From Perna viridis (lineage: Eukaryota), in assembly GCA_037379345.1 (NCBI GenBank), contig CM074517.1, positions 13,702,001-13,766,000 on the forward strand: a DNA stretch of 64,000 nt, read 5' to 3'. The notes under the pieces are model-generated. The model saw only the letters and a program-made list of their open reading frames with translations, did no database searches and was not told where the DNA came from. The first letter of the stretch is position 1; every line of letters starts with the position of its first letter. A program made the position numbers and the translations under genes. Positions 1 to 12,400 of this stretch are shown piece after piece.

Positions 1-14
1 GTGTACAAACATAC

Positions 15-161
15 ATTATTGACAACAAGGAACATGATAGTCTTTGGGACTAAATCTCTCTGTGTTTTGCTGACAATCTTCATGTAAGAGTCCACCAGGT
101 TCCTTATGGTCTCTACTTGTCTCTCTAACTGAGGGTCCATTGAGCCAATATCATCCTTCCC
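15..161 (-). CDS. DNM: Dynamin GED-start exon ([49 protein letters not shown])
   Basis: 147 nt, tttcag acceptor, gtatgt donor, conserved dynamin motif. Confidence 0.95.
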
Positions 162-3100
162 CTGAAAGAAAGTAATAATATTCATTTACATCTTTTGAAA
201 TTTGAAATATTTTGTTTCAATTTTCATTCCATTCATACACATCAGACACAAAACTTACTACACATGTATGCATAATACTACCCACATGTATAGTGTATAG
301 TAATCTTCTTATTAACTATACTTAGTACTTAGTAATTGTTGATATGGAACACATTAAATTAAACACAGTGATAGCATAACTTAAGATCAGCTATTTCAAA
401 AGAACTATTCACTTTAAGTTGAAGATTCAAATGCACTCCTGTTAAAAACCAAATGCTATGTTTATCACTCAGAAGCAAAAATACTGTAGTTCCACCTCAT
501 CAAGTGAATAATGAATAAAACGTTCCACCTCGTCAAGTGAATAATGAATAAAATAAAAGCTTCTAGTCTATCAAATATCAAATCTGGCAGCAACTTGTTA
601 AAAATAAACCTGATGAAAAGACACCTTATTGAGGACATAGCTCTGAACAAAACTTCAGGGGTTCAAATTAATTATCACGAAAAAGCAATATTGACCGAGA
701 AGCTTTATTTTGAAGTAAAGTTGCTTGGAATTATAGCCCATTCTATTTACAATTAAAAATCTGGTACTCTTTTTCAATACTTTATTCATTAGCATGAGTT
801 ACCCTAATTTTCTTGGCCTTTAACTAATGGAGTTTAATTTGAACCTCATGAAGAATATAAATTTGGATAGACTTAACCATGCTTCATGCATAAAAACAGA
901 GGAAAGTTGTTCACAGATATTAGATTAAATAAAATGTAAATCTTAACCTAAAAATAATCATAACTCAGTAAGTCTGGTTAAAATCAAACCCATCACTCAA
1001 TTTTATAATATCACATCCTTTTGATGTCATGTCAGAAGTTAGTCACTTGTTTTTTTCAATTTAAATGTCCAGAGTAATGGTGCAGTGATTTGATTGGACA
1101 GTAGGGAAGCCCTTAACCAGTTATATAACATTCTTTAATAGTAGGTTAGGGGGTGTGAGTTTAATCAGACACATAACGACTGAGTATAACAGTGAGTTAC
1201 GGAATGGTACATCTATTAATTGTGTCATGCGAATTGACTTTTTCATTGCCTTCCAATACAAAAAATTAGCAAACAAACAAATCTAGTAGATGCACCACAA
1301 CCTCAGCAACTTTTTCAATTAAGGTCTGGCAATGAAAAAGTCAACAATGTTATGATTTATATAATGAGAAATGTATAATGTGTATGATAGCCACAGTAAC
1401 AAGTGTTCCTTAAAAATGGTTCTTCAGATGATAAATTATTGTAAATGCTATAAAGTTCTAATTGACCCAAATGATTTTATTTTTGAAAGTTGGACACAAA
1501 ACCATTATGAATAGACTAATAATCAGAATATTGTTTAAAGATCGATTTTGTATGATTACATCTACACTATACTTCTGCTCTTTACTTTTGAAAACCACTG
1601 TTGATAAAACAGTACATTTAAATGATATTTTGATCAATCATTACAAAACATCATTTCCTAAATGTTTATTTATTTCAGTTTCAGGTATGTTATAGTTAAA
1701 TAAGATTTTTCCTATATACTGACATTATTATGTAATTTAATTCCAAATGAAACATGTTTTTTGATTAATAAAATATTTTGTAAATCATCACATATACCAA
1801 ATTATGGTCCTGGGAAGTCACAAAATATGTTTTGTGACTGGGATGTCATCCAACTTTTTTGCCAATTAATTTTGATACTAAAATTAAATTTTAAGGAATG
1901 ACAGTTATATTTTTTCAGTCTATTTAAAATTAATTCAATAAACATGGAACACATTTGAAAATAACTTGCTACACATGTAATTTAGTGTGCACCTTGATTG
2001 TGATTATTTCCTCATAGACCGAAAAAAATATAACAGTCATTCCTTCCATAGACAGTTGTGATTCATCAATTGTTCCCAATGTTATTAATTCTGATATTTT
2101 CATAAATGAAATAACTGATGTGATTCCTCCTACTATGGACTTTTTAACTCTAGCATGGAACAGTTTCAATGCACTTTCTATATTTAGTTAATTAGTTTCT
2201 CGCCATCATATTTCAAGTATTCACACCTACTAATTAATCATCCTATAATTACCTTTAAGTGATGAATACAAGAAGAATCTTATAAAAAAGACACCAAACT
2301 AATATTTCTAATGAAATTATATCTATTCATCCCCGTTAAATAGAAGCATGGTTTGAGCTAAAGGTCCCTCTATCAATGAAGCAGTAAATAGACATAAAAC
2401 TGTTGTCCTTTAGAGAAGCTTTATAAATCACTGAATGACTAAGATCACATACCTTTCCAGACTACAACAAAGAAAGATGTACATATAAGGATTATGGTCA
2501 ACTACATAAATTCAGAATTCAACAAATGAAAGCTATATTGCTTATTATACAGATATAATTCTGATCATAAGATTCTTCATGCTTATAGCCGTTTTTGATT
2601 GGTCGAGAACGTCATTGCCAAAAAGTTCATACATGCATGAATGCCAGTCAACTTGAAACCAGTTTGGCAGCCGTGTAGTTCAAAAGAGGGTGGCAATGAT
2701 CTGAATGGCATAATATAGCCGTAAGAATAGTTTATTACATGCACATTTATTGTACAGGTCAAGTTTGTTTACAGAGAGTAATTTTCAGCTCGGGGGAAGA
2801 AAATTCTAACTGAGTCTGACTGAACCCTTGAAAAACCTTGTTGTTCTTTCTTGTTGTATTTCCTTAATAATTATATTCCTGTTGAATTGTTTACATCTCA
2901 TATTTTTCAATGCCAACTATCACTTTGTCCCTGCCGCCTTCACTGTCGTGTAGATGATTATGTGTAAATACGTGTGCAAGGGAATGTGTGTGTATTGAAG
3001 CATAAATATAAACACAGTGTATAAATATTACTGACTGAGGCTCTCAGAGGGTAACTTTGACTGTCGGATAGAATTATACGGATTGAACAGCTATTTTCGG

Positions 3101-3425
3101 TCTTTCATGCATGTATAAACGATAAACGGATCTCGGAGCTCCCAAACTCAGTGAAAGGCAAAAGGCCATGCATGTATGAACGGATCTCTCCACTCCAAAA
3201 CATTACATGAATGGCCTTCAGCTGTTCACTGAGTTTGGGAGCTCCGAGATCCGTTCATACATGCATGAACGACCGAAAATAGCTGTTCAATCATAAAATA
3301 AAAACAAAATTTAAGATGCTGATTTTTAAAGTTACATAATCAATGATTCATCTAGTTTGTTATGAGATGACAATACACTAAGGCCATTCAAAGTTAATTT
3401 CTTGGTTTTCAAACCAATTTTTTAC

Positions 3426-3457
<32 letters not shown>

Positions 3458-6400
3458 TAGGGAGGCTTATGCTTTCCTTTTAACCTTTTCAGTGCCCCTA
3501 TAAGATGATGAGTGTGCTTTATAAATTGCTCAGTCAAAAAAATTATAAGGGAGGCATTTTTTTTTTTTTTAATTTTACTAATTCATTGATATAGTGATCA
3601 AATGGGTAATGATGCAGTCTCAAAGGAAGGCCTGAGAACCAAGATATCACTTCGAGTTGGCCTAAAGGTGATATTTTATGAATGATTCTAGTCTAAGCTA
3701 ACAAACAACAGTAAAATATAACAGAGAGAATAATGAGGAAACAATCATTTTATACAAATTTGGGCCACAGCTATTCTAGATATTTAACAGCAAAATCAAA
3801 TCAAATTGTTGGTTTCTGTGCATATCTTTCATATGAACTCTTCATGGTAAATAAATAGTAATGTTAACCTGTCTGAACAATTTTTTATCAAATTTTAATT
3901 GATTCTGGTAATGATTTGGTTTTGGATTTTTTTTTTTCAAAGAAATGTTCTAAAAAGTGTCAATTTGTCTGTAAAATCAAGATTTAACAATTTTCATGGT
4001 AACAGTTAAATTCTTCTATAATTTTCATACCACAAAGAAGTTCCTACATCAAACAATAGCAAAATGCATAAAAAATGCAAAAAGCCATTTCAAGAACAGT
4101 GTGCAAATTTTAATGTTAAAATATTCTCATAATGCAGTGCATACACTACCCACAATGCATTACTTACACCAGATTCACGTCCCTCATCCTGTGATCTGTC
4201 TGGGTACACACCAGCCCTGAGAAATGAAGCTTTCCAACTATCTATATCGTCCTGAGACTCTCCTGATAATTCTAACTGTTTGTAGTCCTTGTATACATTT
4301 CTGTAAAGACATTTAATATAAAAAAATCAAAATTAAGAATAATTTCAAAAGAATATAATAACATTTTAATAAATTAATGATAAAATGTTTCATTAATACA
4401 TTGAGTTTCTGTCCATACTATTCAAAGGAATGGAACCTGCTGATACTTTATTATGATAAATCTTTTAATGCTTAATTCATCTCAGCTGTTAAATGTTCAG
4501 GAGGTGTGAAAGTATTTTTCTTGATGTTTCTATCACCTCTTTTTCAGTGTTAAATTCCAATAACTTGAAAATGGATTATCAGAAAACAATATTAAAAATA
4601 AAATATTTAGCAGGGTGCAGCTGGATTTAACCACAATGGTCAAACCCTGATCATTCTGGTTCTTTTTAACTCCTAAATCCTGAAGAGTTAAGAACCTCAA
4701 TGCCATCCCATTATGACCTTTCAGGTATGAAAACATTTGGTCCAACTTTACAGAGATCCATATAATGACTGGTTTACACAAATTATACAGTTACATAAAT
4801 TTGTGTTTTGGACATTCAACAGATCCTATCTGGCACATTATTCCTGAACAATTAAGGCCATATCCCCACCCCTTAAAAATAATTACCCAATATTAATTTG
4901 TGGTATGCAACCTTATTGTAAAACCTCATCAAAATCTATCCACTAATACTCAAGTTATCTCACAAATGCAAGTCGTTTATTTTGAAAACAATACAGACAA
5001 TGATAGTGCCAGGTCTTTATAAAAACCAACAATCATTTCATGATGCAGTAACAAACACTGTATTGATCTATTTTTTTACAACATCAGAAAATTTTGACTG
5101 ATGGAAAGACTAATAAATTGGCAGCAGTATACCATTATACAATGTACCTTTGGAAAAAAATACACATAAAAATAAAACAAAAATTCCATGTACAATTTGA
5201 AGACAAAAAATATGAAAATTGGAAAAGGGAGGAAGACATGGTGTAAAATAGAAATTACATTGGTAAGGGTTGTGTCCATGCATGAAATAGCTTACACTGC
5301 AAGTTATCCTATACTGAAGAGGTATTAGTTTGTAAAAATGAATATTTCCATCACAGTTTTAGTCTAGTATTTAAAAAATGTTACATAATAAACAGAAGTT
5401 ACATAAATTCCAGATAAAGGAATATTTACAATTGTAACAAATCTAAGCCCTATAAAATTAAGCTTTGTGATGAAACATGATAAGTATATCAACCACCAAG
5501 ATTTATAACCTTTGATAATACATCCATCACCAAGAGTTATAACCCTTGATAATGCATCCACCACCAAGAGTAACGACCCTGATACCATGCTTACCTTGAT
5601 TCAGGATTAAATAATGCAAACATGTGTTTATGTGAGAATAGACCTCCCTCCATATCCCTTATCTTTAAACCATCAAGTGGTATCATAAATTTCTTCTCTT
5701 TTTCCTAGAAATTGAACATCTACAGTCATATACATTGTGCAATGATTTTGGGTGATATGAAGGTATCTGTGCCTAAAGTCCAGGTCTGTCAGTGCCATGG
5801 GGAAAATATGGTGTTATCAATGTCAAGGTCATATTGTCAGGGGGTCAAGATTGTTGACTGATGATGTGAAAGGGCAGAAAAAAACACTGAATACTCACAT
5901 TCTCATCATAACAGATTAATGGACTACAAAGCTAAATTTGAAAGTAACTACATCTGATGGACTTGAATGTTAGGTTTTCAGTGTCAATCCAAGCCCTGTG
6001 TTAATAAAGCAATGTGACTAATGCAGACAAAGAACGCAGCATGAGTCCATAGACCCTTGGGTGCCTTTGGGTATAGAGGTCATGACCTAACCTGTTATCA
6101 GCGCTGATGATAGCAAAACCCTTCCTTTTGCTCAGAAATCCAGACTCGCCAGTATCACGTAATCGTAGATTATTATTATCTAATGGTATCATGAACTTCT
6201 TTTCCCTTTCCTAGAAAATGGTGACAAGCAAAACTAAAGACAACAAAACACATTTACAAAGGGTATGACTTCATGCTAAATGGTAATCATGCAAGTTACT
6301 AATAAGTCTCTGTATGGATAAGTTCTAAACTATGTGCATGTAAGAATCAGGCAAATCCTGTGATACACCAGTTATTTGTTGTAGAACTTCTTGTTGCTGA

Positions 6401-9400
6401 AACACGTCCAACGCACTGAGGAACAATCCCTAAAGAATAAGGCAAATCCTGTGATACACGAGTTATTTGTTGTAGAATTTATTGTTGCTGAAACACATTC
6501 AACGCACTGAGAAACAATCCCTATTCCCACTTTTTGCGCTGTATCAGGATAGTGAGGAATGACTGAACTATTTGAAAAGCAGTTGAAATACAATGCAAAA
6601 TTTTTTCAACCATGTTTTTCACACTATAATCATCAAATTTATGTCTCCACCATACTGTCTCAGCAGTACAAAAGTGTTTTCCAGATGAACTGAATGCATT
6701 TCAGAGAAAAAAATGTTCCACAATAGTATCATGTGTATCACCCACGGCCTGATTCTAGTATGGGGACATGTTCTTAATAATTTTATAAATTATTTTATAT
6801 ATTTTATATTTCAAAGCATCATAGCATCCACACTTTTCAATTTTTTGTTCATTAAATTTGAATATAGGTAAGTGCACTAAACTTAGAACTTAAATTCTAA
6901 CATAGCTATTAAGTCAGAAAAACAACAAATGCCATCTATCACTAAAGCATGCATAATTGTCATTTTATTTAATGACAATGTAACAACAAATCATTCTAAT
7001 CTAAATGAAAGCTAAGATAAGAGTATAAGTTGTGGTTATAGAAAGACTAGAAGACAAACCATTAGATAGGTTTGTATTGTGGTGACAACATTGACTTATA
7101 CCTATGTTCAGAGGAGAAAAGGGCAAAAGTTGGACGCTTTGATAACATTTTTTCAACATCTCGGACTTTAACATTCTCCAGAGAGAGCATGTATTTCTTG
7201 TCACTTTCCTGAAAGAAGAGTTTTACAATGCCAATACATTTTTAAACTATTCATTGCATGCAGCTTTACTTGTCCACATTTCATTATATTAACAAAGTAA
7301 GACAAGCTTGTCATGTACTTTATGAATGAACTTAAACTCATAAAAAAATGTGTACATGTACATGTATTTGTAATTTGTACATTACTACTGTTCTTTTGTA
7401 CATAACATTTCCTTACTAAGTATAGTAACCTTTGAAATTAATACATGCTTATATCAAAATCAGCCTTTGGTGGTTGGATAACATGAACACATGCAGCTTT
7501 AGGAAAAGTAACAATGTTTGAAATGCAACAAATACTGAGGATGCTTAATAAAATATTGAGGATTAAAAACATGTTATAAGCATGGAAATGGAGAAAATTA
7601 CAATACTAAAAGACATGGATGCAACTTAAGAAAGACAATCAATACTAGTACTAGCAGTTTCAATGGATAAATTGTTTCTGTTTTATAACAAGATGGTATG
7701 AAAACAAAGATGCAGAGACTACAAGAATGTAGCAGTATATGATTACACTCAATAAGAACAAGACTACAAGTAAACAAGACGCAGATACACTTTAATCACC
7801 ATGAATTTTTAATTTCTCCACTGTATATGATGGAGGGAAATGGTGGCTCAAATATGACTCCACCAAATCTCCACCCAAGATACATGTGTAATAAGGTAAA
7901 TTATTTCAATTTGATATTTTTAAATTATGTTATGTGTTTATAATTGCAATCTTAGTAAACTGTCAGAATTTTTATGTGACTCCCATCAAACTCCATCTCC
8001 ACTGTGTAAAGTGGAGAAAAATAAAACTCATGCCGTCAGAAGTGTAAAATAAGAAAGGGAAAACATATTCTGATATGATGAAAAGGCTTACTCATAATAA
8101 GGTTACAATTCAATATCAGTACAATACATTCGTGTTGTTTTGGTTATCGATAGAGTGCACATAAATGTGTTTAGATCAATATCATTAAATGATTGGGAGT
8201 AAATGCTTATCAAATTAATTGAGTATATTATATTCATAACGTGTAGTTTGTTGATCAAGAAATATAATTAGATGAGTATCTATACTGGTATGTAAATACA
8301 TTCAACATTCTGTCAATGGCAGTTATTATAGGTCATAGGTCAATGTCAAAGTAATACATGTACATCAATTACTGAATAGCTCATTAAATAATTTTCCTTT
8401 TAATAAAAGAGAAGCAATATTTAGAATTGCTAAAATGTGTTCATAAAATACAGATGCATTGTCATTAAAACATATATAAAAAATACATATTGTATTCAAT
8501 AACAATAAATGTGAAAACAGTCATTTTAGCTTAAATCTGCATAAAATATTTGCATTGAAAAGTTATGATATTTTCAATATATATGTAAATAGATTTAGGC
8601 TTAAGAACTTTTTTATGTGTTTACAAAAAGACCCTGTTAATTTATAATTAGTATTCAAATGTAACATAGAAGTTTGAACCCATGTGTGAAAGAATTCTTC
8701 AGCAGAATTAGAACAGTGGGTTCATTCAAGTTTATATTTAAAACTGCCATACTGTTATCATTGACTCAAATGCATGTACCTCACAGTAAATTGTTCCTTA
8801 ACCAAATAATGAATATACCTCTTCATCCTTGAACCAAGACAGGGATTCAGTGGTCAGAACGAACCAGAAATCTTTTGACCCTCCTTTCATAAAACTAATG
8901 TTGTGTAGAGTTAACCAGCCTTTCCTTATCACCTAAAAGTACAGAAAAAATACATTCTTGAATAATAAAATTTCAAAGACTTTATCTTCTAAATAATGAC
9001 AAAGTGATCAAGCAGATACAATACAGCCAGTAAGCTAAACCAAAGCAATACCAGATTCTATGGATTGTCTATATGATATACACTTTCTAATTTTTTTTTT
9101 CTATACACATTGCACTACCATTATCTCTTATGTCAGAAATATGACTAATTGCAGATTAATGGCAATTTATTCACCCTTCAATTCATTATATGTGCGTATT
9201 ATCACATTATGGTATTATCAAAAGGTGAAGCCCTTATGGTAACATCGTGATTAAATAAACAATAGGCACAAGTCTAATGATATAGTTGTGTAACATTCTA
9301 CACGAAATAAAAGGTCTGGGGAAAAAATTAAAACACACTGACTGTAAACTTACATGTGACACTCTGTCATTGACTTAATGTAATTTTTCGATATGACCAA

Positions 9401-12400
9401 AAATTTTATACATGGTTAAGAAGTTACCAATATGTCACCTACTTCAAACCAAAATCATAGTTCACTTTTAATTTTTGACAAATTTACAATAAAAGTAATT
9501 TAATTTTTATCATTCACATAGATGAAAGATCTTTTGAATTTGCTTAAGTTAATTTTAGTTATATAAATGCTAATGCACACACAAATTTTTAAATTTAATA
9601 CATGTATACATTGTTCCATAATTATTCAAGCAATTAGCAAAAATGAAAAATATCTTTACAGGTATGTCAAGTTTAAGCAATGCATGGGAAACTTGGGAAT
9701 ATGGTGACCTTATAAAATTTCTACATTTTGCTTCATTGCATTTAAGAAATAACATATCTGTTCCATTTTTAAATCTGTGAATAAAACCTTTTTAAAACAT
9801 TTCAAATTGCATTTTCATAAACTACAAGCAAAATCCACTGAACTTACCCAAGTCCAATGCCGTATTGAAAAAAAAAGCTTAAAATGCAGACTTGCTACTA
9901 TAGCAACAGGAATGTTAGTTGTATTTAGTTTCTTTTTATTATTATCATGTTTTATTTTTTTTTTGCTGTGTTTTGGTGCCTTGGTATCTCTATACATTTT
10001 TTATCATTACTTAAACTAGACATTCCTGAAGAAAATCAAATATTGTTGAGAAAAAAACATCAAAACATGCATTTTTTTCTCTTAAATAAATATACCACAT
10101 ACTCCTAAAAATTATATGAACTTTATAAATATATTTCAGCATCCTTGTAACTTCCTTGATTATGTATATTTTTTTAACAAAAGATGATTGTGAATAATAG
10201 TAAGTAATATAAAATGTGAAGCAGAGCAAATGACAGCTCTAAGTATTAGTACTGCTGCATGATACTGAAAGATTAGAAGCATAGTACCAAATGTGTATGT
10301 TCAAATATGCATATTTTTTTTTTAATTTTAATACACACGTTGTTTTTCAGAATACAAGCTAAATTGAAAAGGAGACTACCAAAATAAAGGTTGTCAATTA
10401 CACTGTAGATTTAAATAAAATTATGATTACAATTTCACTTAGCGTAGATAGGAAATCACAAAACAATTTGGGATAACTCTTGTAAGGCACAAAGAATTGG
10501 CAAGAGATACTTTTACTACATCAAGTAATAATTGAGTCTTTGTGAATTTAAAAAAAATACAATTTTGTAAGCCCTTAACTCAAAAGCAGTAAAAATGATT
10601 AATTTTCAATTTCAGATGGGACTTCTCTACTATAAATGTCTGATCAAACGAAGGACACTCAGGCACAGGTCTACAATTCACAAGAGGCAAAGATTTCATT
10701 TATTATGCAAATTAGTACCTTAAGCCTGTAAAATACATCAGTTGAGAACTGGGCAATATCATTAAGTTTTAAATTTGTGATGATCAAAGGTGATTTTTTT
10801 TTTTTTAAATTTGAACTGAATATACTGAATGTTTTTGGAAGCTATAACAGTAGAAATCCTGTTCACCTTGAAACAGTACTTCTTTCTTTCTTTCATTTCT
10901 TAAAAGACCAAAAATCAAATGAATATTATCTGCTAGTTTTGATTCACTAAGTTGATAAAGATGGCAAAATAACAGACACAAGAAACTATAAACTATAATA
11001 TTCTATAATAATATAATATGTGCTTCATAGGTTTTTATACCACAGCCATGGTAAAACTTTGATAAACAAATATGACCAGCATTATAGATGCATGATAGCT
11101 TTATTTCCAACATCATAAATAAGTTTAACACAATTTTACTGACATCACAACAGAATTTTGGTCCAAAATGGTTGCCATTTATTGCAACAAACAGGCTGCG
11201 TCTTTTAAAAAATATGAAGAAGTAAGTCCTATTAGAATCAAAATAAATTAAGGAAACTTCACTTAATCATTATTTTACCATAGGCTGGACATTTATGTTG
11301 ATATTGAACCCTTGGTTACCGCTCAGGATAAAATAATGGGATATAAATGGCCAGCTCATGGTAAAACAATGATAAAATGGAGTATCTGTGATTTATTTCT
11401 TAAATTAGGGATATTGCCACATTAACAACCAGTGTATATTACTACATAGCTATAGACCAATATAAACTTAACTTACTTGGTCTTTTACAGTTTCTTTATA
11501 ACCCTATTATTATCATTGAAAGATGAAATCAAATTTGTTATAAAATTTCAAGAAGACAAATGGAGAATTAAAATGTTTGTCATGTTAATTCATTTCAAGG
11601 TCTACACCAGAAAAATGTCCATACTAGCAATTATAGTTATGTTAGTGTAGAATCTTGTTAATTTGGAGGCGACATTGTGACAGGTATTGAGGGGTTTTAG
11701 TGGACAACCATGAACATGGAATTTTACATTCTTTTTTTAATGAACAAGATGTTATTTCAGTGGAAAGAAAAAAAAGTTTTATTTTTGTTGAGTTAAATTT
11801 ACATGTAAATCTGAAAGACCATCCATGTAGCTTGACCTTCTGAAAGAAAACTATAATGATAATTATATAAAAGTTACTTCAACAAATTTAATTTTGACAA
11901 CTCAAGAGACAGTGACAATAAACCTGAAAGACTGTGACCAAAACTCACCTGATAATATCCCCACTCCCCTCAACAGAAATCATAAAAGAAACCATAAGAG
12001 TCATTCAGATGGAATATCAAAGTATAGGAGTTCAAAATGGCATCATAAGATGATGAACTTGTAAAAGTTACATCAACTTCCATTCAGCTATTTTAGAGGA
12101 ATTGCAGATGGAAACTGGGGACAAGCGGACAGATGAGCACTGCTTTTGCGTAATATTATAAAACACAGCTGTCTATACCTGTTCGTGTTCTTTGGTCCTT
12201 AACTATTCACCTAAATCATGTTTGTATGGAATTTTTAAGTAGCATCAGACAGAAGATAATTCATGCATGTAAAAAACCCAATTCAGTTTTATTCCTAGTT
12301 CAGAAACAGTTACAGACCACAGAACCAGTCTTAGCTTGTCGTTCAGTTACAGACCACAGAACCAGTCTTAGCTTGTCACTCTGTTACAGACCACAGAACC

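Noticed and set aside
10867-10898. 32-nt exon-like segment in dynamin (also candidates at about 11949-11968 and 9354-9363)
   Set aside because: Lengths are not multiples of 3 in a phase 0-0 intron, the first gives an immediate stop, and none has homology support.
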